A stretch of 64,000 bases of DNA from Nemertoderma westbladi (Eukaryota; Animalia; Xenacoelomorpha): contig JAUCBJ010008092.1 in NCBI GenBank assembly GCA_032718475.1, forward strand, positions 1 to 64,000, in the 5' to 3' direction. The notes below the pieces were generated by a model. The model saw only the letters and a list, made by a program, of their open reading frames with translations. It searched no databases and was not told the origin of the DNA. Shown one piece after another: positions 10,563 through 23,109 of this stretch. Made by a program: the position numbers and the translations under genes. Each line of letters begins with the position of its first letter. Position 1 is the stretch's first letter.

Positions 10563-11764
10563 TATAGAATTATATTCCCTAAATGCCGTGGATTTTCAAA
10601 ATTTTATTTTATTTCGAATTAACTTTGTAAAAGATTACTTTGAGTCCTCATTTGTGTTTGTTCTATCATTTGTACGCCTATTGGTCAAGTGGTTCAGTAG
10701 CTCAGTCGGTAGAGCGTTGGAAATTATATGTGTAGTAGGTATTGAGTTCGAATCCTAGTAAGTGCGAATTATTTTTTGTGCAGAATTTCAACTCATTTAA
10801 ATTAACCGCTACATTGCATTGCATTTATCTGTACCTAGATTAACCAATGAGACTGTAGTTATTTGATTGTAACCAATGTCGTGCAAGTTATATATTAGCT
10901 GGACCAATAGCTATCTTTAAAACCCAGTTAGAACCTATAGAACAATCGATAATTTTCTCGATTGATTGCAGCACAAATTTGGTATATAAAGGTGCGATTT
11001 GTTCATTAGTTATTCATTGCAATTCATATTATATTCGTATCTCTGAGTTATATGATATTTTGTTTATTCTGTCATTAGTTCTCAGATTACATTTTGTATT
11101 ATTATCTGCAATAAATTCAGAAATACCGCTATCTGCTTTTCTTTTCACCATGATTCACTACGGTGAACAACCTTAGGAACAGGATGGCCGGCTAGAGATC
11201 GGGCCGCAGCAATGAACGGGAACATCAAAGGAATGTAGACAGGAGACAACCCGCAATACCACCTCAGTTATTCGCCCATCGCCTGAAAGGTTAGACAGCG
11301 TTCGACGCCTTGCTACCTAAGCGTAAGACCAAAGATCAAAAGGTAGAAGTAGTGACACGCTGTGAGCCTAAAATTACATCTTAGGGACTGTACTGTCTTA
11401 ATTCAGGAAAAAACCGCAGTAGACCTTCACATTCCTACGGGGGAGAGGAGAGAGAGAGCAGGCAGATACTAGTACGCAGATAGGACGTAGGCACACCGGT
11501 ATGAAGCATACAAATTGGTAGAGTGCAGCAAACTGTACGCCTAACTCTTGCTAAGTACAGGTGCGTGTGCGACTATTTGTAGTACCACAGTGTCCATTGC
11601 ATTAGAACTTGTAGGCTAGGGGGGTTGCTGTGTTTTCACCTGAATTGGGATTGTACCGTTCAGGCGGTAGGGCAGTTTACAACTAGGCGCAAATAAATTG
11701 AGGCTATTAGGGATACAAGCTGGCAAGCCTGGAAGGTTCACGGTCCTCCTACTTAATCAGTACA
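10563..11764 (+). repeat. 3' LTR, family C (TG start mutated to TA)
   Basis: Follows GGAGCGG. Shares colinear blocks with 23969-25023: tRNA-like boxes, CCAAT boxes, TATATAAA, GGCC(G/A)CAGCAA, AACCCGCA, GCCTGAA, TCAGGC...GGGCAG. Ends CAGTACA. Confidence 0.65.
10691..10777 (+). promoter_or_regulatory. tRNA-derived Pol III A-box/B-box module inside the LTR
   Basis: TAGCTCAGTCGG (A box), GAGTTCGAATCC (B box) and a downstream T6 run. The anticodon arm and acceptor stem do not pair. Confidence 0.7.
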
Positions 11765-13601
11765 ATAATAATACGTTTTCGTTCGGGTAGGCCTATGTTT
11801 CCTTTTCACTTGTTCCCATCGTAGGCGACCTCATGCTCCTGTGCTCATCCCACCACGACCACGACCACCAGTTACGAGTTGGGTAGGCGTCTACCGGCAA
11901 CCGGTAAGTAATTACGCGCCACACGACGTCATCCCGCCATCCGCCAACATTTATACCGGTACGGTAAGCCTACCACCTACCGGCTGGCTACCATCGCACC
12001 GTAGGTCTACCGCCTACGCCTACCGGTCAACCGGTAACGGTAGGCTACCGCGTACCGGTACAGCGGTACTCAAAGTCGTACCGGTATTGTCGTAATTGAC
12101 AAATGCAGGATTAAACCGTAACCCGTTCCAGTACCGGTACCATATGCATCTGAACGACTGGACGGTTAATCTCATAGCATAGCTGCATAGGCCTACTGGT
12201 AGTCAGTGCGAAGTCGCCTGCGAACATGGCGAAATATTATATTTACTGCTAGGGCTAGGCTAGGACCTACTGCTGTACTGACCTATGACAGTATGAAGAT
12301 AGGCAGATAGGCCTACAGTGGTCAGGTAGTACCGGTCCGGTATGCCTACTACAGGCAGACAATCAGACAGTACTAGCAGTGCTAATTAAATACCTTAATT
12401 AAATCTTCAATTAGGTCATAATGTAGGTCCAAATTTAAAAATCGGCCTCCGTTAATCGATTTACAAATAATTCAGGTACCTCCATGCCAAATATCAGAAT
12501 CATTCATTGCGTTCCCTATGACAAGATAGCTTTTTCCTAAACCATGCGAAAACACGCAAATATAGCGCTCACATCGCACAAATACCATCTCGACACCCAA
12601 TTTTTTGTATGAGCCTTCGCCATCCCTATATCTAACTTTTGTCCAAATTTTGTTTCGATTGATTAATAAATAACTGAGATATCGCTCTGGACACACACAC
12701 ACACACACATACGGGTGAAAGGTGTAAATCGGGGACATCCCTTTGTTACAAACAAACCGAGACCACCTTTCAAATTCATTATTTTTGACAATATACTTTT
12801 GAAAATATTATATTCTTGATCGTTATAAAATTTCCTATCTACCCTATATCCTTTGATTGACCCAATCACAGTTTTTCCAAACACGCACTTCACCTTAAAA
12901 CCGGGGACTCACCACATTGGAGAGAATACACAGATGTGTATAATTGTGTTTAATCTTGGTATGATATAAACAATACAAAACGGGACATTTGACATTCGAC
13001 AGGCATATTTCATTACTCAAATAAGATATCCATCCCTGAATATTACCAAAGCCTCATTACTATTATTCAGCATGATCTTGAAAATATTATTTACATTATT
13101 CTCATAATTTAAAGCTATGATTGCAGTTTTTCTGCAAACCCGCGGGTGTACATACAATTCGGGGACATATTGTATTTCGTTCAATGATTCACCCAGATAG
13201 TGGCGGATATTGACCGCAACGCCTTCTTGAGCTGGAGCTGGAGCTATGGTATAGTTATTTTGATGCTAGTTTTAGCAGGTCTGGATAACTTTGCTCCCAT
13301 CCATATTTTGCCAGTGTGCCTTTTGGCTGATATTTATTATGATACCGAAAACATTTATTTCATTTGTAATTGCAGCAATACGCCTTTTTGAGTGCTGGTA
13401 TTCTGTATTTCAATGCGTGTTGTAGCAGCTTTGGATAAGATTCGCTACCCTCCATATTTTACCGGCGTGTCTTTTAATTAATAATATGATATCGGTTTAA
13501 TTATTCACATCTAGATGTTTTACACCAAATAAGTTTATAAATAGCTTTATAAAATAGTTTATAAATAATAAATACCACCTTTTCCTGTTAGTTGCCAGTA
13601 C

Positions 13602-13641
13602 ATAGTCTGATGCAGACCGGTAGGTCGAAAACGTTTACTAT
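13602..13641 (+). ncRNA. Degenerate minimal type I hammerhead ribozyme in a Penelope-like pLTR remnant
   Basis: ATAGT-CTGATGCA-GACC(GGTA)GGTC-GAAA-ACGT-TT-ACTAT. Stems I and II pair and stem III is palindromic. The core deviates from CUGANGA. Confidence 0.6.
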
Positions 13642-14499
13642 TGTATCTTTATCTAATATAATATAACCAGCTAAAGACCCTCAATACTTTATTATTTTTT
13701 CTATCATCTTTACACTATGCTGCCGCTGGTGAATGCCTACCACTTCATTCGTTCGTTTACCTATAAACTAGAAAGACTGCTTCTGTTTGGTCGTCCAATG
13801 GAAAGATACAAGTAGTAATGTACTAATGTACAATAATACTAATTTCTACTATAATAATAAAAAATAGATTTAAAAAATAAGTAGAGAGGTTAGAGAATAT
13901 TTAATGGATCTCATTGTTAGCTATCTATATTTATTTTCGGGCGTGTAGCAGTTTGTTAACGAAGGGCTATTTTAATTTAGAGTGTTGCTAAAGACTAACC
14001 CTCGCGTAAAAACCTGGCTCTTTCCAGAGTGTAGGGAATTTTAGATTCTTTTGCTATTTATACTAAATTAGAATTTAATTAGAAAATTAGAATTACATTA
14101 GAATTTTAGATTCTATTACACCAATGTACTACTCATTAAAGATCTGACAATAGGCCTACGACCTTTTTTAACGTTAATATATTTTATTAAAATTAATATA
14201 CGTCATAATTTAACAATGATCAGTGATAATCATCCCTGATTCATTATTTAGTACATAAGTAAATTGTCTAACTGACCTTCCGATAATTATGCATTTATAT
14301 TTTATGTTAAATTTTATTTTTTTGAAAATTACTTTTTGGTTCCTAGTCAGAATCATTACATTGTACCAGTAAGCCTACTGGCCGTACTGTAGGGAAAATG
14401 GTTCAATTCAATCTGCGACAATTCCATCGTTATGATCGTTCGGACAATTCCCCATCGAATCTCATAGAAGAAGCTTTATCTAAATTTTTGGAGACAACA

Positions 14500-14765
14500 A
14501 AAATAAACAAACAGTCGGCCGAAACTGGAGGTGACCCAAATGCTCCTCTTTCGATAGCTGCTAACCGAAGGTTGGGCTAATCCTACCCCAAGATATGATC
14601 CCAGTTATTCAACTATAGTAGTACCGGTTCTCGTTTTATCGACCCCATGTGATGAAAGGCTGATGAGTGGGATGACCCTGGACGCGAACTTAGATTACCG
14701 GGACTACCAAGAGATTACAAGCCCGGTGGCCGGTGCTCAACGAACTGAGCACTACTACCTACTAC
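14500..14765 (-). mobile_element. Decayed tRNA-derived SINE
   Basis: The minus strand reads GTAGTGCTCAGTTCGTTGAGCACCGG (A-box-like), GTTCGCGTCC (B-box-like), then CAGCCTTTCATC...GGGGTCGATAAAACGAG, resembling central domains of widespread animal SINEs. Confidence 0.55.
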
Positions 14766-16558
14766 CTCTCCTACTATCCAGCGCTATCTAAGAGGGGAGG
14801 ATGGAAATAGTGAGTATTATATTTCTATATATTATATTATACATACAATATTGCAATGTTCTAGAGTTAATATACCGGTACGGAAATAATAACCAGAAGC
14901 GAATAAAACTGAATAATCACTGATGCCGTTCCAGATGATAATTATTTAATTAATAAATATTTATTTATATTATACTTTTTTTTCAGCCTCGTGTCTTGAT
15001 GAAGGGTATGAAGCAGCAGACGAGTGTAGCAGTAGTGACAGGTAATGCTGCACTATTTGGAGTCGTATGCTTTGGGTCTGGATTTAGTGACAGATATGTA
15101 ATTTACCTGGACTTTCCCGCTGCTGCTTTAGATCTAATAGATTCGCGAATGGATGACAATGAATCCTTAATCACAGTTACTGCAAAACCTAATTCCACAG
15201 CATTTCACAAAGCTTTACAATATGGCGAAACATCGTTATTTATATTAGTTTATTTGTTTTTGTAGGAAACCGATCTGATGGGTGAGAATCAATGATTCGT
15301 TTACTCAAGGTCATTTTCCTAAATTTTATTAGATCCTTCAACAAAGGTTATACAGGACATATACACGTTCGTGGGGCCTTCGCGCAGCATGAGAGCCTAT
15401 ATTAGAAAGTACATTATACTAATCTCTATTCGATATACGAAAACCGTCTATCCCAAAACCTATATGAGTGAAGGCGAGGCAATCAGTTTGTGATAAACAA
15501 GTTGTAAAAACAGATGAATAACTATGCAAAGTCTTGAAACTGTGAGAGTAACTGCTGATTTATGGCAGATGGATAATCGTATACATTGTAAACTCGTTGC
15601 GTTCGTTCGTTTTTTACCAAACTTGCGATTCTTTCTAAACTTTTGCCGGACTACATATTACGGATCAAGTTTTGTTGAATTTTATCAAGGAATAACCGAG
15701 TTATTAGCGATCAAAAATTTACTACGACGACGACAGACATCTCGTTAATGGCACCCATATGCTAAGGCTTCGCTCACTTCGTGGCTCGCCCCACATACAA
15801 TAGGCGTAATAATTTTTATCACGGTATTATTATTATACTATTCTCTTTCATTGCTTTCTGAAGATAAATTTAAGTGAAACTGAAATCCAAAACGGAAATT
15901 ATTAATTATTAAATTTAATTGAAATTGAAATTTGAAATTATTTTTCGCAACCTCAAGGGTATATTTAGTTTAGCACAGGTCGCTAGTCGTCAGGTTGTCC
16001 ATGATACTAAACATGTACATGTAATGTGTATAAATGTGTACATGCAAATCGAGGACATTGCATTTCATTCAATGCATTCACTAAAAGTAGCAGTGCGCCT
16101 TCCTGTGTGCTGGAACTACTGTATGATATATTTCAATGCTTGTTGTAGGTTTGGATAACATTTGCTCCCCTCCATATTTTGCCAGCGTGCCTCTTCATTA
16201 GTAATAATTATGACTTCGAAAAAATTATTAACATTTGTCAAAATTTAAGCCTACTATTTCATTTTTACTGTAAACCCGCGCGTGCACATACAATCCGGGG
16301 ACATATTGGATTTCATTGGCTCTTTCAAGCAATAAATATCTTCCTTACATTAGAAAATAGGGGGAGGCCATTGATGACGAACATTCTAGAACAATAGTTT
16401 TATAGCCAATCAACAGCGACTAACCTTTAATTTTAATAAATAAATTAAACAATAAATTTTAATTATGAAATCGACTATATGCTAAATATTATTATGCTCG
16501 TCGGTATCATCTATTATAACTTACATAAGGTGTACAGTATTCCATTTAATATATAATT

Positions 16559-16740
16559 CAGTACAGCCCTGACGGGGATTAAGAACAATGCCGAAAAGGA
16601 GATAAGAAGAAAAGATGATTAAGGTAAGATTATGTTTATTTTTTTAGAAACAAAATATATTTATATCAAGTATTGTGGCTGCTTGTTTGCTACGATATAT
16701 ATTTAAATAACGAGTTTAAATTGTTGTCGAGGCTGTACTG
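16559..16740. mobile_element. Small MITE
   Basis: Inverted termini CAGTACAGCC at 16559 and GGCTGTACTG ending at 16740. Confidence 0.45.
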
Positions 16741-17599
16741 ATTAATGTAATATAGAAAATGAGTATAGATAAATAATTTCGTAATAATTAATGTGAAGTT
16801 AACATTAAAATCTATGATGTTTACATTTTACCAAATGATTAATAATCATAATTAATTATGTCCTCCGTCATTTTTCAACCGATTTTCTTCATTTTTGGCT
16901 CATTCGAACGAGCTTTGGAAGCTCTTTAGCAGTTTAATCTTATGGAATTTTAATAAATATTATCATTTTTTGTAATTAGCCAATTTTAATTGAAAATATG
17001 ATTAATTAAATTAATTAATTAAAATAAAAATAGCTAATTAAAAATTCTATAAGATAATTTTTGTAGAGTCCATGACGCTGAGTCCAAAAAACTTGGTTTC
17101 AAGGAACCAAGATTGAGGGATTAGGGGCAATTTTAGTGAATCTTTAATTCCACTGCCAGCCGCTAGGAAGAGGCTATAAATTTTCAAATTTTCCTATAGA
17201 GGCTATTTGACCTTCCACAAAGTGGTTCGCCATGACAAAATAGCAACATTATCATTTACCACTAATTGACAGCCATTTTAAAAAAAGGTTCATGGGGGGT
17301 ACCCCCACCCCATGATCCTTAATTTAGCAATGTAAGAAATTGATTAATCAACACATGTTAAGTGTTAGCCTACTTTGCACACAAGTAAATACTGTATAAA
17401 TATTGCAAAATATATAATATATATTATTAAAACATAAATAGAATTGAAATAAACATAAATTAAAAATATATATTAATAAAATATAATATTAAATATATAA
17501 TATTAATATTAAAATAATATAGTATATAGTATATTATTTTCAAATATTATAGTAATTTTTATTATAATAACTAGGTCTACTACATATTAATAATTACAG

Positions 17600-18418
17600 G
17601 TGATGTGGAAATTGGAACAACAGACTCGGAAGATGAGGAGCCGGCAAAGGAATCATCACCATTAATCCAAAATCGCAAACCAACTAAATCAACGCCATTA
17701 CCATCAAAGAAAGGTAATAAATATTCTTAAAATTCTTAAGAGTAAAAATTCTTAAGATTCAATCAATTGTAAATGAATCTTTAAATTTATCAACATAATA
17801 AATTAATCGCGTCATTAATCAAAGCGTAGTCGTGGACGACCGGCCATAACATATATAGATCAACTTGAAAGGGATACTGAACTTGGGAGAAACGAAATTG
17901 CTACAACTATGGAGAATCGGGAAGTCTGGAAGGATCTCATTTCCACTGTCCGAGTTCGCTCGACCTAGTAGTTGTACAGTAGTAAATTAATCGCTGCTGA
18001 ATTAATTAATTAAATAATTTTAATTAATAAACTACATAAAATAGTAAAATATGTATTATGTAGATTAATATTTAAAAAAAATAAAAATAAATTTTAAATA
18101 CATAACAGACTGTTTACTACAACCCTGTAGGGTCAATATAATAAATCACCTGCTCTAACAATGTAGCGTCATTACAATAACGTAATTTTCCTTGCAGTGG
18201 AAGTGCGAAAGAAATTGGAAAGCAAAGATGTTGTACGAAAACCGTGGAGTTTGGCGGAGAAAGAACTAGTGAAAGAACTTAACCACGGAAATAAACTTCC
18301 GGTAAAGGCTGAGATATTACAACTGAAAGATAAATATCCTGAGCTAGGAAGCCGATCATGGAGGAACATAAAAGATTTCTGCCGTAATAAACAACGAAAC
18401 AAACTCAAATTTAACTGA
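17600..18418 (+). CDS. Two terminal exons (17600-17713, 18198-18418) encoding an acidic linker and a Myb/SANT-like domain of the TIR element's protein
   Basis: AG/GT boundaries in compatible phase 1. Joined peptide DVEIGTTDSEDEEP...SKKVEVRKK...RKPWSLAEKELV...LPVKAEI...YPELGSRSWRNIKDFCRN*. Confidence 0.65.
17811..17982 (+). mobile_element. 3' end of an RTE-type LINE, 5'-truncated
   Basis: Encodes KRSRGRPAITYIDQLERDT...MENREVWKDLI...RST*, with a TAG-repeat tail. 12-bp TSD TAAATTAATCGC at 17799-17810 and 17983-17994. Confidence 0.75.
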
Positions 18419-19055
18419 AATTGATCGTCTCGATTCCCGTCAAGGAAGTTTTAACTACATTAATAACTGACATTATTTTAATGAAAATATATTAACTGGC
18501 ATTATTGTAGTAGTACTGTATAATAGTGTATATTCCATAAATTTGGATACCCGTCGGGAAGGTCTAACTAAGAATAATAACTGATATTATTTTAAGGACA
18601 ATATTTTAACTGGTATTATTGTAGTTGTAGTAGTATATTCCATAAATTTTGTTTCCCGTATAGGAAGGTTCAACAAATATTAATTTGAGTTTAGTATAAG
18701 AATAAGTTTAGTACATTACATTAGTAGTATTTCAGCTATCCATAAATATTTTTAGTCAGATATTTTTGGTTCTGTCACCCTCATTTATAGTCAAATACAA
18801 AACGGGGACATATTTGTCAACCACCACAGAGTGTTATAACGGGGACATTTTATACACAAAAGTAACACAAACAATATCCGCAAGTTTAACACAAACTGTG
18901 GACATGAAGCTATTCAACTGAAAATTTGGAAATATATAAAATAAAACCCGCTGAATCGATTTTAGCTGTAAAACAGACCGGGGACGTCCCCGTTTTGCAG
19001 TATGTCCCCGGTATGTGGGTCAAATTTATGATGTGTGTCCCCTATTTACACGAGT

Positions 19056-19091
<36 letters not shown>

Positions 19092-19479
19092 CACACACAC
19101 ACACACACATTACGGTAATAATGGTCACCTATGTCAAGGACCGTGAACCAATACTAACATCTACCGTGTCCCCGCCAACGTCTTAATAGGAAGTTACCCA
19201 GCCTACCTAGGTGACTAAAATTCTAGATAGGACGCCAGGCTAGCTATTAGTAACAGTACGCCTACAGTAGTAAACTAACACATTTCTTCTTAGTATTAGG
19301 GGCCTGGTAAATTAAAATTGCCGAATTCTGGGCGTAGCATTAACCTTATGCCTGAATTTGAGTCCTGGAAATACGCAAGAGGGGAAGGAACCTTATCATT
19401 CGTGAGTATTGGACCTACAAGTTACAAAATTAGAATATTCGTAAAATGCACACCGTACCCAGTAATTATATATGTGAAG

Positions 19480-19800
19480 GAGCAAAACTGCTTTTGACCG
19501 TTCAGAATTAACACACGCGCGTTAGAAATTATTTACACCTCAAAATATATAAAATTAACTTTTGTCCGTACTGTGCTTTGCCCGCTAGTTAGACATCTCC
19601 AAATCTCTGCCTCTGTACCTAGCTAGCGTCTCTTCGCCCAACCATATAAATCACACCGCGGCAAAGTATACGAGCCTCTTAGTCCGTCAGTGAGTCAGCC
19701 TGATTTTAGGATTCGCTGCGCGGGATTTTGTTTTATCGAAGTTTGTCTGCTCGTAGACTGTTTTCTGCCTCACCGGTTATAAGAGATCGATACTGCAATA
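19480..19800 (+). repeat. Fragment resembling the BEL family-C 5' leader
   Basis: Shares ACACACGCG, CCCGCTAG and CCATATAAATCACAC in the same order with 25360-25560. Confidence 0.35.
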
Positions 19801-20073
19801 TATTCGCTTACTTAGAGTTTACTGTTTTGGTGAGAAGGTCGGATTTATGATTTGATTCACAAACTTTACAGTAGGATATTGCAGGTATTGTTACCGTCTC
19901 TTCGAATAGTAATTCATAAGAAATATATACAGCTGTACAGCAGGGAACTGACAGACAGATAGTAAAATATATCACAGGTAGGTGTATAAGGTGCAATAGG
20001 TATATAATGCCTCTGCCTATACTGCTATATCTGTCCCAGAGAAGTACCAGACTAGATAACCAGTCGGCATAGT

Positions 20074-20325
20074 TGTGCTGCTCGAACCCCCAGACTAGTT
20101 AACGTGCTGCTCGACGTCCCAGACTAGGTAAACAGCCAGTTTAGTTGTTCATGTGCTGCTCGAAGCCCCAGACTAGTTAACCAGTCAGCTCAGTTGTTCA
20201 CGTGCTGCTCGAAGCTCCAGACTAGTTAACCAGTCAGTTTAGTTGTTCACGTGCTGCTCGAACCCCCAGACTAGTTAACGTGCTGGATTATTTATTCACG
20301 TGCTGCTCGAAGTCCCAGAATAGAT
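20074..20325 (+). repeat. Minisatellite with 29-49-bp units, about 6 copies, upstream of the Merlin transposase
   Basis: Unit GTGCTGCTCGAANNCCCAGACTAGTTAAC with an optional CAGTCAGTTTAGTTGTTCAC. Confidence 0.85.
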
Positions 20326-20576
20326 AAATCAACAACAATAACGGATGAGTGAGTTAAACCGATAAGAAATAATTTATTATGATTCAATGAATTACATTAG
20401 TTGATTAGTCTTACTCTATTCATGAATTCAATGTTAAAACAGATTTGAATTTACCGCCAAAATATAGGTGGTAGATCTGATCTGCCACCCTTCAGCCCTT
20501 TCCAGTACAAATTACATGTCTTTTAATAATTTGAATTTACCGCGCTATGGAACAGGGTGGCACCTTTTAGGGACTT

Positions 20577-21632
20577 ATGGCTGAATTAAATTTCATTGAG
20601 ATTGGGAAACTTATCGAGACTGAGGAACGCGCTATTGAGTTTGCTCAAAGCGTGGAGCTTCTCCCCGAACTCTACAACCAAATGGGCAACCAACCCTACG
20701 TCTTTGTTCTTTTCCGGGTTGTACTGCGCAAGCTAAAATTACGCTGGTGAAGGACAGGGGATTCATGCGGCTTGTTTGGCGTTGCTCCGGTGCTAATAAG
20801 CACAAGCAAATAAGCGAACTGCACGTTCTGGAACGTGGTTTGAGAAGAGTCGATTCGAGGTTCGGCAGATTCTGGCCATCTCGTATTCGTTTGCTCTCGA
20901 AGTTCGAATGCGTACTGCACAGTGCACATCTGTTGCTAGGCGACATTGTTGGGGTGCAAGGCAATGGATCCCTTGTCGACTAGTACAATTTTATTAGAGA
21001 ATTAATGTACCGCGATCAAGAGGAGTCAGAGCCAATGGGTGGACCAGGACATATCGTCCAAATCGACGAGACGCTATTGCGGGGAAAACGCAAGAGGAGC
21101 ACCAACAACCGAGGTCGTTTGCTTGGTGGGGACCACTTTCCGTCACCCGATCTAATTATGGGACGACAGTGGATGGGCCGTGGGTGTTTGGACTGGTATG
21201 GAAACGCCAGATAATAAAGTCGACATCCGCCTCTACCACGTTTTGCATCGTGATGCAGACACCCTCCGTCCTATTTTGGAGAAACATGTCGCCGGTGGAA
21301 CCAAGATACAGTCCGACGAATGGTCTGCGTATTGCGGTGTGAATGTTAGCATAACAAACGCCACAAACCCGTGGTCTGCTACCAATGGAACAGGGACCTA
21401 CATACACGAAACCGTCAACCATTCGGTAGAGTGGGTGAGTGCGACTGGCACCCACACTCAACGTATAGAGTCGATGTGGGGCCACTTAAAGACGTCAGTC
21501 ATCCGCAATAAGAAATGCACAACACCGCAACTTATTGCTGGCCACCTGTCATAATTTCGGTGGAGACTTTTAAATCGCGACCGACCTTTCTCAAATCTCC
21601 TTGCACTTTTCAAACATTACTACCCTTGCTGA
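20577..21632 (+). pseudogene. Merlin / ISXO2 (IS1595-family-like) DDE transposase, frameshifted
   Basis: GGPGHIVQIDET...RKR.....RGR, GPWVFG, RDADTLRPILEKHVAGGTKIQSDEWSAY, HETVNHS..WV...GTHTQRIESMWGHLK. A possible right end lies near 21935. Confidence 0.9.
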
Positions 21633-22972
21633 ATGTCTATACTGTACACCTTATACCTTAACCAACCCAAACGGCCCTTTTCAGGGCCAACATATGAAAT
21701 AAACAACCGTATCGCAACAGCGTTATTAGCTTGTAATATTTTTTTAAAATAAGATACACCCTCAGTCGGGGTAAATATTAATTATAATATTGGAAATATG
21801 TATGTACGGTAGACTGTAATAGACTGTAGTAGTAAGTAATATAGATTAAAATAATACATTCCCTTCAAAGAACTTACTTAATAAATAATACCCATGCAAT
21901 CCGCAAGGTGGTGCACAATACTGCTATACCGGTACCATTATTTATCTGATTTTAGGCTTGTTTGGCTAGTGCTGTAGTGTCGTTCAAACGTACTAATACC
22001 AACAGTTTCTACATGTTCTACGATTCTACCGTAAAGACGAACGTACCAGACAGACAAGGCAGACTTGTACCTACCAGTTGTAAATAACGTAGGTTTACAT
22101 ACTGCACATACACAATGCTGTAGAACTACGGTACCGGTACAACGGTAATACAATTTAAGAAATTCCACCAAAAATATTATATTTTTACTTTTTTCGCCAG
22201 GAAAAAAAGTTAAATGTTTTCTCCAGATTTTGGTCTAAATTCGGGCGAAAACGTAACAATTTAAGAAAAATTATTATTTATTACATGGGAAAAAAATTAG
22301 AACTTTTTTTTCACTATTCTCGAGGCATTTTATTTACCGAGCTCCAGCGAGGTTAATAAAGGGTTGAGAGAATATTGAGAAACAAAATGTTCTACTTTTT
22401 TCTCATATACTGTCTGACTGTAATACGTAAGTTTATTCTTAAGTTAAATTGGTACATCGTATACAGTATGGTAAGCCTACATTCACATATTCTCACACGA
22501 ATGGTTCTGTCTACATTGTGTCTCACCCAATTCCACACGATGTAACGCTCTCAGCTGTCCCGAGTAGACTCCCATCACTATCATCATGTTACCTATACAT
22601 ACTGTGGAATGGAAATAAATTCTAGTATTTTCCATCATTTATTTTATATTACTTTATTATTTAATCTATTATATTTAATTGTTTTTTTTTACTTTATTCC
22701 AGTTTACCCGCCAGGGGGAAATTGTTAGGCATAGGCCCGCTCATGATATTTATTTATTTTATGCCTTGGCCGCTCGTGTTATTTATTAATTTGTAATTAG
22801 TGTCTCCCCCCAAAATTTCCAAGCCCCATTTTTATATTTCTACCCCCAAACAAAACCCTTTTAGAAATCTAGGGTATCTGGATGGGTTTGGTATATTGTA
22901 AATTAATAGTGGCTTCTTGATATAAACATGATGTAGTTGGTTATTTTTTCCGAGATTAGTTGGTAACAACAC

Positions 22973-23109
22973 ATTTATTACCCTGATATTTTGTTATTTT
23001 TCCGGTTATTTTAACCCTCAGAACAGGAAAGCCTCGGCTACACCTCGGCTAGTTCCTGTTCCTCGGGTTAAAATAACCGGAAAAATAACAAAATATCAGG
23101 GTAATAAAT
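22973..23109. repeat. Short foldback element (near-perfect palindrome)
   Basis: ATTTATTACCCTGATATTTTGTTATTTTTCCGGTTATTTTAACCC and its reverse complement surround a GCCTCGGCTACACCTCGGCT centre. Confidence 0.8.

Larger units (their letters stand above)
12713..19060 (+). mobile_element. TIR element inserted in a (CA)n microsatellite, probably a deleted CryptonV-like element
   Basis: Termini GGGTGAAAGGTGTAAATCGGGGACA and TGTCCCCTATTTACACGAGTCACCC, flanked by (CA)n on both sides. Many subterminal GGGGAC motifs. Carries a spliced Myb/SANT-like C-terminus. The family name is from recollection, not a search. Confidence 0.6.

Noticed and set aside
10691-10765. Functional tRNA gene
   Set aside because: Only the A and B boxes remain. 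The acceptor and anticodon stems do not pair.
14987-15041. Exon splicing directly to 17600
   Set aside because: It has AG/GT boundaries, but the plausible frame ends in phase 2 while the next exon starts in phase 1, so it was left unannotated.
20074-20325. CRISPR-like repeat array next to an IS1595-like transposase
   Set aside because: The spacers are near-identical or absent, there are no cas genes, and the context is eukaryotic. It is a minisatellite beside a Merlin element.
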